DNA of 63,888 nucleotides, counting the filler, from Octopus bimaculoides (taxonomy: Eukaryota): NCBI RefSeq assembly GCF_001194135.2. It is 10 parts of 9 records of this genome, joined end to end, with 100 filler letters (N's around TTAATTAATTAA, not from the genome) between each part and the next. Parts side by side here need not be neighbours in the genome. Positions count along the whole stretch, not along the records: positions 1 to 4,409 come from NC_068982.1; positions 4,510 to 16,385 come from NC_068985.1; 8 more parts are not named here. One strand, written 5' to 3'. Made by a program: the position numbers and the translations under genes. Below the pieces are notes generated by a model, which worked only from the letters and a program-made list of their open reading frames with translations, was not told where the DNA came from and searched no databases. Positions 1 to 11,233 of the stretch are shown here, piece by piece. Numbering within the stretch: the first letter of the stretch is position 1; each line of letters starts with the position of its first letter.

Positions 1-104
1 TTACCTCTTGTGGCTACAGTAGAAAAGATATTTCACTGTTTCTGTTTTGAGTAACTGAATGACTTGTAAGAGAATAATTTAAAAAGAGAGAGAATATATT
101 CTTT

Positions 105-311
105 TCTACTCTAGGCATAAGGCCCGAAATTTTGGTGGAGGGGGCCAGTCGGTTAGATCGATCCCAGTACGCAACTCATACTTAATTTATCGACCCCGAA
201 AGGATGAAAGGCAAAGTCGACCTCGGCGGAATTTGAACTCAGAATGTAAAGACACGAAATACCGCTAAGCATTTCGCCCGTCGTACTAACATTTCTACCA
301 GCTCGCCGCCT
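105..311 (-). mobile_element. tRNA-derived SINE with Meta-like core (family A)
   Basis: Reverse strand has a head with A-box-like TGGTAGAAATG and B-box GAGTTCAAATTC, then core GTCGACTTTGCCTTTCATCCTTTCGGGGTCGATAAATTAAGT. Many near-identical copies in the window. Confidence 0.85.
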
Positions 312-440
312 AGAGAGAGAACATATTGAGTCTAGTTTAGAAACTAAAACGTCAGCTATATACACTCATACGTGCATACATGCGTCACACATTTATACAA
401 GCATGCGTATGTCTCTCTGAATAATGTAGATATTTATATG

Positions 441-540
441 GGTGTGTAATAAGAAGCTTGCTTCCCAACCACATGTTCCGGGTTCAGTCCCACAGCGTGG
501 TACCTTGGGCAAGTGTCTTCTACTATAGCCTCGGGTCGAC
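441..540 (+). mobile_element. tRNA-derived SINE family B, 3' truncated
   Basis: AAGAAGCTTGCTTCCCAACCACATG..GGTTCAGTCCCAC..CCTTGGGCAAGTGTCTTCTACTATAGCC; same sequence at about 28790 and 41950. Confidence 0.8.
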
Positions 541-679
541 AAAATGTAAGACATTTACAGGCATGGCATAGTAGCAAAAATATATCGGATCCCATAACTG
601 TAGCCGAACCACCAATATATCGCTTGCCAGGCGATCGTGATGCTCATTGCACTAAACCACGATACTTTCGTTATAATCC

Positions 680-862
680 TTTCTGCTATAGGCACAATGC
701 CTGAATTCTGGAGGCGGGAGCAAGTCGATTACATCGAAAGCAAAGTCGATTACACCGAAAGCAAAGTCGACCTCGGCGGAATTTGAACTCAGAATGTAGT
801 GACGTGCGAAATACCGCTAAGCATTTCGTCCAGCGTGCTAACGATTCTGCCAGTTCGCCGCC
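680..862 (-). mobile_element. Family A SINE with internal deletion and 21-bp tandem duplication
   Basis: Head and tail match the copy at 105-311; the core is replaced by AAGTCGATTACA(T/C)CGAAAGC x2. Confidence 0.75.
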
Positions 863-3211
863 CACTTTCATTATAATGAAGAAATACTCATGTCTGTCAC
901 ATTCACGGTCTCTCTCCCTCTCTCCCTCCCTCTCTTTCTCTCTCTCTTTCTCTCTCTGCGTATGTGTGTGTGCATGCGTATTCGTGTATGTATGTGAGAG
1001 GATGCATATATGTAAACGTGTATGTATCCGCGTTTGAGTGTATGCGCATGTGTGTGTGTGCATGTATGCGAATGTGTATACGTGAAATCTAAATGAATAT
1101 CTACTAAACAGAAGGATTGAACAGAAGAAACTTCGAATTTACTTTCATATATATATATATATANNNNNNNNNNNNNNNNNNNNNNNNNNNNNNNNNNNNN
1201 NNNNNNNNNNNNNNNNNNNNNNNNNNNNNNNNNNNNNNNNNNNNNNNNNNNNNNNNNNNNNNNNNNNNNNNNNNNNNNNNNNNNNNNNNNNNNNNNNNNN
1301 NNNNNNNNNNNNNNNNNNNNNNTTATCTCTACTCTAGAGACTTTGCACAAAACCGTGCAACAGTATGAACTTCCCCGCTAAAGCCACTAAACGTGAAAGG
1401 TGGTGTGGTGTTAAACCAAGCAGTGGATTAAGTCAAAACCCCATATAAACCATGGTGGGATTTGAACACAGAACATAAAGAACCAGAACAAATCTCGCAA
1501 GACAGCTGCTGCGACGTCCTTATGTTTGCGCCAATAAATCGCCCTACGGGAATTGGTACTTTTGCGTTGAGTGACCTTCATTTCACATCGTTCTGAATTG
1601 AATTACTTAAAATCGAATTGGAATTAGTTCCATAAACCAGTCATCAAATACATAAAACACTTTGCTCAGATCATATTCACTTACGAATGATTGCTAAACG
1701 TGTACATGTGTGTACGAGCGGCTTTTAAGCTAGCTCCTGTTGAGGGCTCTTCATCGGGCCTTGGGCCCAACAATGACACTTCATGCATTGAGTACATATT
1801 AAATTTTATTAAACTTGAACAATATTTTTCAAGCAATGAACAATTTTTTTCAAAACAATGATATAATCTGTCTACTTGGAACTTATTGCAAAACTGCATG
1901 ATAAACAACATTTTTGTCTTCCCATTCGGATAAAGTCACTAAACCATCGAAAATTCAAAGTTGCCTCAACTTTGATTATTCTATTTTATTTTTAGGCAAA
2001 GTGTACTTAGAAACACATTTCCATGATGTCCTGCTATTTGTAGCAGGTCGCACAACCACATAGGGCTTCACACGCTGACCTTTTCACCTGGTGGAAGCTG
2101 TTTTATGCATAACAGATTTAATATGACTGTCAGTTGTTGTCGATGGCAATATCAATATTCTGATTAAACAGTTCAATTATCAAAATGAGTTCCTGTTGTG
2201 ATCATCATCGTATTTGATTCAGACATTGTTTCTATGCCTCCAATGTGCCTTTTAGTTTGAGCTTTTTTAAAAAGGAAGTTGGGTGTAGTGATTTGAGGAA
2301 GATTTGATTGCTATTTCTAACAGCTTTAGGGGCTCTCTCTTAATAGTGCATAATGGATTTGATTTGACGGCCAGTAATCAGAAGTGGGAGGGGGTGAACC
2401 CAGTAAGACAGCATGGCTAGTTAGACCGAGATTAAATGGTAGAGTTTGGTTGAGAACAACTTTCAAATGTTCTGGCAAATCTATCATACGCTTAGATAAA
2501 CTGGGGCGATGAAAAACGGAAAGTTTCGCCAGTAGCGAGTTTGAACTTCTGATTTCCTTGAGCAGATAATTTCGCCACACGTGCGCGCGCGCGTGCGTGT
2601 GTGTGTGTGTAACGTCTCTTCTGTTACTCTCATATATTGCACTCAGAGCTAACCGCTACTCCATCTTTGTCAAGCTCTTTCTCTCCTTTTCTCTCCCAAT
2701 CTAAGGGTCTATCCCGATCTTTCAAAACATGTCACAATCCTACTCTCAAGAAGAGTAATCCATTTGTCTGCCATCTATCAATTTCACTTCTGTCATCTTC
2801 AAATTGATAAAGACAACCGTTAACAATCGCATTCTGCTACATCTTGTGTCCTCGCCTCACCTATGTTCGGTTTATGTAAAACCTAATCGGCGGACCTGCT
2901 CTTCTAAATCATGTACCAGTGGTCCCCAGATCTTAGAAATACGGTGACAATATCCTTCTTGCAATTGACATTAATAAAGCATTCGATAGCGTCTGGCATA
3001 TTTCTTATCTTAACTCCCCGCCTGTGGGCTTCATTCGGCTCTCTGATCTTAGATCGGAAGATTCTTGAGATCGCATCATTCAATCGTGCGGTGGTGTGGT
3101 TCTCTGTAACCTGCGCTCTATCAATTTTGAAATACTCCAACGATTTGTTATGTCCTTCCACTCTTTCTCATGTGCATTAATAAGCTACTTTTTGTTACTG
3201 CTAACAGCCCA

Positions 3212-3252
<41 letters not shown>

Positions 3253-3277
3253 GTCTGTCTCTCTGTTAGTCTGTCTG

Positions 3278-3354
<77 letters not shown>

Positions 3355-3939
3355 NNNNNNNNNNNNNNNNNNNNNNNNNNNNNNNNNNNNNNNNNNNNNN
3401 NNNNNNNNNNNNNNNNNNNNNNNNNNNNNNNNNNNNNNNNNNNNNNNNNNNNNNNNNNNNNNNNNNNNNNNNNTATATATATATATATATATCTATCTCT
3501 CCTCACGTGCTATGCTTTCAGGTGTCAGCAATCTTGGACGACCACATCAAAGTTTGATGATTCATTGATTTTTCTAGGGAAACATATAATAGTGATTCCT
3601 TGTTGCCTTCTGCCGAATTAATCATGGTTTGCTCTGTTAGTCTCCTGCTCTCTCAAGCCACAGTATATTCCCCACATAGGTGGGCCTGTGATACATATCT
3701 AGGGTTAGCTCTCCTATATGTTCTGTATGCTTTAGAATCTTCTGCTATTTGACCCATAACTTAAGAGGTTCTATCAACCTGCGTCAGGGCAAACCTGGGA
3801 ATTGTAGTGACTAAGGATTAACTCTATACTCTCCAAAACATTTGAACCCAGGAGTTGGAACCTCACCAGCTGTAGCGGTTCAGTTTGGGGCCTCACCACC
3901 TGTTGCCGTTCAAGATAAAGACTACCTACTCCTATGCAA

Positions 3940-4095
3940 ATAATGGTTTCAAATTTTGGTACAAGACCAGCAATTTCGGGGTAAATTGGTTATATCGACC
4001 CCAGTGTTCAACTGGTACTTATTTTATCGACTTCAAAAGCAGGAAAGGCAAAGTAGACCTGGCAGAATTTGAACTCAGAACGTAAAGACGGACGA
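3940..4095 (-). mobile_element. Family A SINE, partial
   Basis: TTTATCGAC..AAAGGCAAAGTAGACCTGGCAGAATTTGAACTCAGAACGTAAAGAC matches family A. Confidence 0.75.
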
Positions 4096-4409
4096 AATCA
4101 TAGCTAGAAACCAGACTCAGTAACCCGCGGGCCCTCAAGTCCATGTTTGGCGGACATTTCGACATTTATTTTTCTCCCTGTCTGCCAAACATGGGTGGTG
4201 GTGGTACCGCGGTGCTTTGGACAAACCGCGTCGGATCGTCGAGATCGTATCTAGATAGAGTTCTATGTAGGACAGCGGATAGAGATAGTGTAGGATGTCC
4301 ACAATTTAAAATAGTCAGCTACACAGATCACAAGTTTGTGACGTGTACGCTCGACTTAGATAAGACACATAGGCAGGGTCCCGGTTACTGGAAACTGAAC
4401 GCTTCGCTC
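4096..4409 (+). mobile_element. L1/Tx1-like LINE fragment, end of APE endonuclease
   Basis: SYLDRVL..YTDHKFV..GPGYWKLNASL matches the (S)YLD..TDH and WKLNxSLL motifs of L1/Tx1 ORF2; runs into an N gap. Confidence 0.75.
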
Positions 4410-4546
4410 NNNNNNNNNNNNNNNNNNNNNNNNNNNNNNNNNNNNNNNNNNNNTTAATTAATTAANNNNNNNNNNNNNNNNNNNNNNNNNNNNNNNNNNN
4501 NNNNNNNNNGTGTCTATTTGATTACCCAAGTTAATGTGAAAATATA

Positions 4547-4752
4547 CAGTGTCCACAAAGTCTGAGTACATGGGATTGATACATACTTTAAGAAATTATT
4601 TCTTATATTTTATTGTTTATATTATGATTTTATTTACTCCATGTACCCACACGGGGATTAACACATACTTTAAGAAATTATTATTTCTTATATTTAATTG
4701 TTTATGTCATGATTTTATTTACTCCATGTACCCAGACTTTGTGGACACCCTG
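4547..4752. mobile_element. Tc1/mariner-type MITE with internal tandem duplication
   Basis: TA|CAGTGTCCACAAAGTCTGAGTACATGG ... CCATGTACCCAGACTTTGTGGACACCCTG|TA (about 28-bp TIRs, TA target); about 80-bp interior present twice. Confidence 0.8.
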
Positions 4753-4798
4753 TACAATGACATTTAGCCAGGCTAAATAAACGAAATCAATATAATCC

Positions 4799-5013
4799 TT
4801 TCTACTAAAGACACAAGGCCTGAAATTTGAGAGGAGGAGGGGATTAGTCAATTACGTCGACCCCAGTGTTTCACTGGTAGTTAATTTATCGACCCCGAAA
4901 AGATAAAAGGCAATGTGGACTTGGGCGGTATTTGAACTCACAACGTAAGGACGTATGAAATTCCGCTAAGTATTTTGTCCGGGATGCTAACGATTCTGCC
5001 AGCTCACCGACTC
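4799..5013 (-). mobile_element. Family A SINE, full length
   Basis: Complete head, core and tail on the reverse strand. Confidence 0.85.
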
Positions 5014-5034
5014 CTAAACGATATCAATATAATC

Positions 5035-5247
5035 TGTTCTACGATAAGCACAAGGCCTGAAATTTTGGAGGAGGGGACCAGTCGATTAGATCGTCCCCTG
5101 TCCGTAACTGGTACTTAATTTACCGACCCCGAAAGGACGAAAGGCAAAGTCAACCTCGGCGGAATTTGAACTCAGAACGTAAGGACAGACGAAATTCCGC
5201 AAAGCATTTCGCCCGGCGTGCTAACGATTCTGCCAGCTCACCGCCTT
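5035..5247 (-). mobile_element. Family A SINE, full length
   Basis: Reverse strand begins AAGGCGGTGAGCTGGCAGAATCGTTAGCACGCCGGG. Confidence 0.85.
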
Positions 5248-5275
5248 TAGTTTTATGGCATTATATTGAGGTCGT

Positions 5276-5512
5276 AAGGCGGTGACCTGGCAGAAACCTT
5301 AGCACGCCGGGCGAAATGCTCAGCGGTATTTCGTCTGCCGCTACGTTCTGAGTTCAAATTCCGCCGTGGTCGACTTTGCCTTTCATCCTTTCGGGGTCGA
5401 TAAATTAAGTACCAATTACGCACTGGGGTCGATGTAATCGACTTAATCCTTTTGTCTGTCCTTGTTTGTCCCCTCTATGTTTAGCCCCTTGTGGGCAATA
5501 AAGAAATGAGAA
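5276..5512 (+). mobile_element. Family A SINE with a different 3' tail
   Basis: Same head and core on + strand; tail ..CCCCTTGTGGGCAATAAAGAAAT differs from neighbouring copies. Confidence 0.85.
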
Positions 5513-5696
5513 ACGTTAGCACGCCGGGCGAAATGCTTAGCGATATTTCGTCTGTCTTTACGTTCTGAGTTGAAATTCCGCCGAGGTCAACTTTTCTTTT
5601 CATCCTTTCACGGTCGTTAAAATGAGTACCAGTGGAGTATTGAGATCGATTTATTCCCTCCCCGAAGTTGCTGGCCTTGTGCCAAAATTTGAAAGC
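5513..5696 (+). mobile_element. Family A SINE, 5' truncated
   Basis: CGTTAGCACGCCGGGCGAAATGC..GCTGGCCTTGTGCCAAAATTTGAAA. Confidence 0.8.
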
Positions 5697-6212
5697 AATG
5701 AAATGCCATAATACTGTTAATTGTAGGAGACAGGTTACAGTCTTCTTCTTCTTCTTCACAACACCCGGTCTGGGAAACGAAACCGCGATCCTATGACCGC
5801 GAGTCTGCTGCCCTAACCACTGGGCCATTGCGCCTCCACATCAATAGACAATAAGAGGGCAAAAAGAAATAATAAAAAACACTATTTCCTAGAATTTTGT
5901 TTTGATTCCAGCTTGAAGCAATCTTGTCTCACTTGTGCCGCAAATACACATTTTAAACGAATGAACATCACAACATCTCAGTTTTATGCTCTTAATCGTG
6001 TGATATGTTCACATATATTTGACATGTAGAGAGGGAATAATAAATTTAATGGAAATTCCCATGGAACCGTTTTACCATTTTGATACTAACTTGTTGATTG
6101 AAAAGGCACAACCATTAATTCTTTCACCTCTCACATATAGACACACCTCTCACTCTCTCTCAGTCACTCTCTCTCAGTCGCTCTCTCTCAGTCACCCTCT
6201 CTGTTCCTCTCC

Positions 6213-6258
<46 letters not shown>

Positions 6259-6644
6259 TTCTGTCTCCGTCTTCTCTTACTCTTCCTCCCTTTCCCTACA
6301 ACACACACATGCTTTGTTTGTGAGTATTTAGTGTAATTATGTTCTATTGAGGTGTTTGCACATGTATTTCTGAGCAACAGCCGTGCCATAGGATTAAATA
6401 GTATGACATAGATTGACGAAATTAACTTTCAAGCCCCCAAAGAAAAAGAATGAAAGAACGAAACAAAACAAAACAAAACAAGAAGAATAACAAGAATAAA
6501 AAGAACAACCAAAACGGCACTTAAATTTTCTATGGATTCAGTTTTTCTACAATGCATCGAAGAACGTTTTAACGGCTTCAAGTAATTTCAAACACACACA
6601 AACATACATACATACATACATACATACATACTCGTATATGTATA

Positions 6645-6684
<40 letters not shown>

Positions 6685-8156
6685 ACATATATATATATAT
6701 ATATATATGCTTGTGTGTATATGTATATATGTGTTTGTGTTAGGGTGCACGAATCTATATGTATGCATGTGTGTATGTATACAAATATACATACACGTAC
6801 CAATTAAATAAATAACACTTTAACATTGTAAGTAAATAATGGAATGCTTCTTTCTAAACTCTGTCGTAAACCTTCAAGAGGCGAGTATAGAGTTTTAACG
6901 ATTACCTCTCTCACATTACAACGAGCATGGTTTCCTCGCAGCAAGGTACGTCCTATGTATTTCATTTTTGAAGCTGCTGATATCAATGAATTTGAAAGGA
7001 CGTTTCGACTCTTTACTGTATCAAAATCGTGTTAGGTTAAGTTTTTACCTTTCATCTCATAACAATTGATACATCATGAAATAGTGGGGGTGATTCAAAG
7101 GCTTTTATTCATCCGGTAGGGATTTAAACACATTTAATATTTAAAATAAAGAACATATATACATATATATANNNNNNNNNNNNNNNNNNNNNNNNNNNNN
7201 NNNNNNNNNNNNNNNNNNNNNNNNNNNNNNNNNNNNNNNNNNNNNNNNNNNNNNNNNNNNNNNNNNNNNNNNNNNNNNNNNNNNNNNNNNNNNNNNNNNN
7301 NNNNNNNNNNNNNNNNNNNNNNNNNNNNNNNNNNNNNNNNNNNNNNNNNNNNNNNNNNNNNNNNNNNNNNNNNNNNNNNNNNNNNNNNNNNNNNNNNNNN
7401 NNNNNNNNNNNNNNNNNNNNNNNNNNNNNNNNNNNNNNNNNNNNNNNNNNNNNNNNNNNNNNNNNNNNNNNNNNNNNNNNNNNNNNNNNNNNNNNNNNNN
7501 NNNNNNNNNNNNNNNNNNNNNNNNNNNNNNNNNNNNNNNNNNNNNNNNNNNNNNNNNNNNNNNNNNNNNNNNNNNNNNNNNNNNNNNNNNNNNNNNNNNN
7601 NNNNNNNNNNNNNNNNNNNNNNNNNNNNNNNNNNNNNNNNNNNNNNNNNNNNNNNNNNNNNNNNNNNNNNNNNNNNNNNNNNNNNNNNNNNNNNNNNNNN
7701 NNNNNNNNNNNNNNNNNNNNNNNNNNNNNNNNNNNNNNNNNNNNNNNNNNNNNNNNNNNNNNNNNNNNNNNNNNNNNNNNNNNNNNNNNNNNNNNNNNNN
7801 NNNNNNNNNNNNNNNNNNNNNNNNNNNNNNNNNNNNNNNNNNNNNNNNNNNNNNNNNNNNNNNNNNNNNNNNNNNNNNNNNNNNNNNNNNNNNNNNNNNN
7901 NNNNNNNNNNNNNNNNNNNNNNNNNNNNNNNNNNNNNNNNNNNNNNNNNNNNNNNNNNNNNNNNNNNNNNNNNNNNNNNNNNNNNNNNNNNNNNNNNNNN
8001 NNNNNNNNNNNNNNNNNNNNNNNNNNNNNNNNNNNNNNNNNNNNNNNNNNNNNNNNNNNNNNNNNNNNNNNNNNNNNNNNNNNNNNNNNNNNNNNNNNNN
8101 NNNNNNNNNNNNNNNNNNNNNNNNNNNNNNNNNNNNNNNNNNNNNNNNNNNNNNNA

Positions 8157-8385
8157 TACTGGGGTCGGTCTAATCGACTGGCCCTCTCCCTAGATGTTTC
8201 GGGCCTTGTGGCTAGAGTAGCAGAACTTCGTCTGCCCTTACGTTCTGAGTTCAAATTCAGCTGAAGTCAGCATTGCATTTCATTCTTTCGGGGTCGAGAA
8301 AATAAATACCAGTTTGAGTACTGAGGCCGATGAAATCGACTTTCACCCTCTCCCGAAATTGCTGACCTTGTGTCAAAATTTGACC
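8157..8385 (+). mobile_element. Two family A SINE fragments
   Basis: A tail fragment followed by a second B-box/core fragment after the 1-kb gap. Confidence 0.7.
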
Positions 8386-8579
8386 CCAATGCTAGTTCTA
8401 TGTCAAGTTAAAGAACTCTTATTTCCAGTAGAAAGCTAACATATTCATATCTCTGTGCATACATTTCGCTATATCGTACACAATTACTATGTTATATTTT
8501 GGAAGAAAATATAAGACAGAATGCATGATACTTAATCTATACACTAATAAATAATTTATATTTTCGAACCGATATTATA

Positions 8580-8606
8580 TTAGTGATAGTGTGTGCGTAT
8601 GTGTGA

Positions 8607-8641
<35 letters not shown>

Positions 8642-9804
8642 CGTGCGTGCGTGTGCATCGTGTCTGTGTGTGTGTCGTCTGTATGTGTGTGTGTCGTGTG
8701 TGTGTGTGTATGTGCTTGCGTGTGTGTGTATGTATGTGTGAGTATGCGTCGTGTGTGCATGTGTGTATGTGCTTGTGTGCGTGTGTATGTGTGTGTGAGT
8801 ATGCATCGTGTGTGTGTTCGTCGTATGTGTGTGTGTCACGTGTGTGTGTGTGTGCCCTGTGTGTGTGTGTGAGTGTGTGTCGTGCGTGTGTGTGTATACG
8901 TGAATGAGTATTATATTAGTGTCAGTGTTTGTGTATGTGCGTGTGCGTTTTCTGTATGTGTGTGTATGTGTGAGTGTGTGTGTGTGTGTACGTGAATGGT
9001 TATGCATTTAGGTGAATGTATCTGCTTGTTTGTATGTTCATGTGTGTGTATGTGTTTGTGTTTGTGTGTGTGTGTGTATGTGTTTGTGTGTGTGTGTATG
9101 TGTATGTGTGTGAGTGGGCATCATGCATGCGTGTGTCATGTATGTGTGGTGTGTGTGTGTGTGATGTGTGTGTGGTGTGTGTGTCATGTGTGTGTATGTG
9201 TGTGTGTACGCGAAAGGGTATGTATAGAGGTGTATCTGTCTGTGTATGTGGGTGTGTGTGTTTGTGTATGTGTGTGTATGCGTGTGTGTGTGAGTGTCTG
9301 TGTGTGTACGTGAATGGTTATGTATTTAGATGAATGTGTCTGCTTATGTGCTTGCTTGTATGTTTGTGTGTGTGTATGTATGTGTGAGTGTGCATCATGT
9401 GTGTGTGTGTGAGTATGTGTGTGTGTATGTGAATGGATATGTATATAATTGAACGTGTCTGCTTATATACTTGTGTGTTTGTGTGTGTTTGTGTTTGTGT
9501 GTGTGTATGTGTTTATGTGTGCGTATGTGTATGAGTGTGTACGAGTGTGTGAGTATGTGTGTACTTGAATGGTTATGTATATAAGTGAATGTGTCTGCTT
9601 ATGTGGTTGTGTGTGTGTTTGTGTGTGTGTATGTATTTGTGTGAGTGTGTATGTGTGTGTGAGAGAGAGTGTGTGTGTGTGTATGTGAATGGATATGCAC
9701 ATAGGTGAATGTGTCAGCTTATGTGTATGTGTGTGTGTTTGTGCATGTGTATGTGCTTGTGTGTGTATGTGTGTGTGAGAGTGTGTTTGTGTGTTTGCAT
9801 GTGT

Positions 9805-9841
<37 letters not shown>

Positions 9842-9850
9842 GGTGCATCT
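8580..9850. repeat. Degenerate (TG)n satellite with higher-order units
   Basis: About 1.3 kb of interrupted TG repeats with a recurring GTGAATGGTTATGTA..GAATGTGTCTGCTTAT island. Confidence 0.9.
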
Positions 9851-9960
9851 CTGTGTTTGTTCCCGTCACCGGTGTTGGTTTGTTCATGTCCCCTTAACTG
9901 AATGACTTGGCATAATGTCCGACACAATAATTAAGATAATAAGTAAATAAAATAAAATAA

Positions 9961-10214
9961 ATAAATGCGCCCCTTTTAAAGCCTAACCAGGCTCATGGGC
10001 CCGGTTTCCCGGTTTTAATGGCGTATGCGTTGTCCGGCTGGACGGGACGCCAGTCCATCGCAGCGTTACCCATTTTTGCCAGCTGAGTGGAGTGGAGCAA
10101 CGTGAAATGAAGTGTTTTGCTCAAGAACACAATGCGTCGCCCGGTCCATGAATCGAAACCACAATCTTACGAGCATGATGCTGACACCCTAACCACTAGG
10201 CCACGCGCCTCCAT
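9961..10214 (-). mobile_element. CORE-like tRNA SINE (family C)
   Basis: Reverse strand: GGAGGCGCGTGGCCTAGTGGTTAGGG head, GGTTTCGATTC B-box, TTCTTGAGCAAAACACTTCATTTCAC core. Confidence 0.8.
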
Positions 10215-11003
10215 AAAATAATAAGTACTGGGGTAGATTTGTTTAAGTAAAACCATTAAGGCAGTCCCACAGCATAATCGTTGTCTAGTGACCGAAACAA
10301 AAGAAAGCGGAAGAAAACGGATTATTGCTCAATTAAGGCTTTAAAGTTTTTCTGTATTGGTAAAAACCCCCAAAGAATGATGCTTGTGGTTTTCTCTAAA
10401 GAGATGGTGAAGGGAAATGACTTTGAGACACGAATTGTAACCTCGTCTCTTATTCGACTCACGAGCTTGATATGAATAGTGTAGCTCAAGGAAAAGTAAG
10501 CCAACGATGCAGCGAGACCAATTAAACAGAACCAGGACGTGAAATTAATTAAATGTTGCGAGGAAATTAAACTGACAAAATCTATTATCAGATGCAAGCT
10601 ACTAGGATAGACTAAATTCAAAAACAAAACAACAACAAAAAAATTGAGATCTTTAATTTCAAAATTTTTGGTTGAATTATTGAAATATAAATTAAAAAGA
10701 ACATTTACACACACACACACTCACACACACACACATGTTTGTGTTTGTATAACATGTGCATGTATGTATATGTCTCCAAATACATACGTACATATGTGAG
10801 TGAGAGAGGGAGAAAGACAGAAAGAGAGAGGGAGAGAAAGATTAGCTGAAGGTATTTAATCAGAATAACGGAATTATCGACTATAAGAGGAAAAGAAAAA
10901 AAGACATAGCGTCCTTCTCGCCGAACCAAATATTTCCTTCAATGAAAGCGCGCTTGCAAAGAACATTAAATATAATTTCCTCAGCTGAGCCTCAATGGCA
11001 GAA

Positions 11004-11163
11004 ACTTCCGGTAGAGAATGAATACTAGTGATCTCACATGAGGGATATAATATCCTTTTCTCTTCACTCTTTACATGAATGCATCTGGGATTTATTGATG
11101 ACGGGAAGAAAAAGACCGTAATGATCAGAAAAGCAATACAGAGAGAATGAGGTAAAACATACA

Positions 11164-11196
<33 letters not shown>

Positions 11197-11199
11197 GCA

Positions 11200-11233
<34 letters not shown>

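Noticed and set aside
4454-4465. TTAATTAATTAA flanked by N runs, recurring about 9 times (also near 16430, 34939, 42332, 45086, 48107, 58377, 59493, 61772)
   Set aside because: Identical context between N blocks and stops in all six frames indicate an assembly spacer, not biology.
5276-5365. tRNA gene calls for SINE heads
   Set aside because: A and B boxes are present but there is no cloverleaf, and each head continues into a SINE core.
6891-6945. Possible plus-strand exon ending AAG|GTACGT
   Set aside because: Weak acceptor, no recognisable peptide and no partner exon.
6804-6986. Minus-strand ORF with weak resemblance to the GGACT N-terminus (GRTLLRGNH)
   Set aside because: Wrong strand, lacks the YGTLK motif and has no convincing splice sites.
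6985-7030. GAAACGUC on the minus strand as a hammerhead
   Set aside because: No CUGANGA or helix II upstream.
7124-8254. 376-aa ORF and other X-filled ORFs
   Set aside because: Open only because N gaps contain no stops.
8537-9927. Long HT/CV-rich ORFs, and poly-H/M/D/I/N ORFs elsewhere
   Set aside because: Translations of microsatellites.
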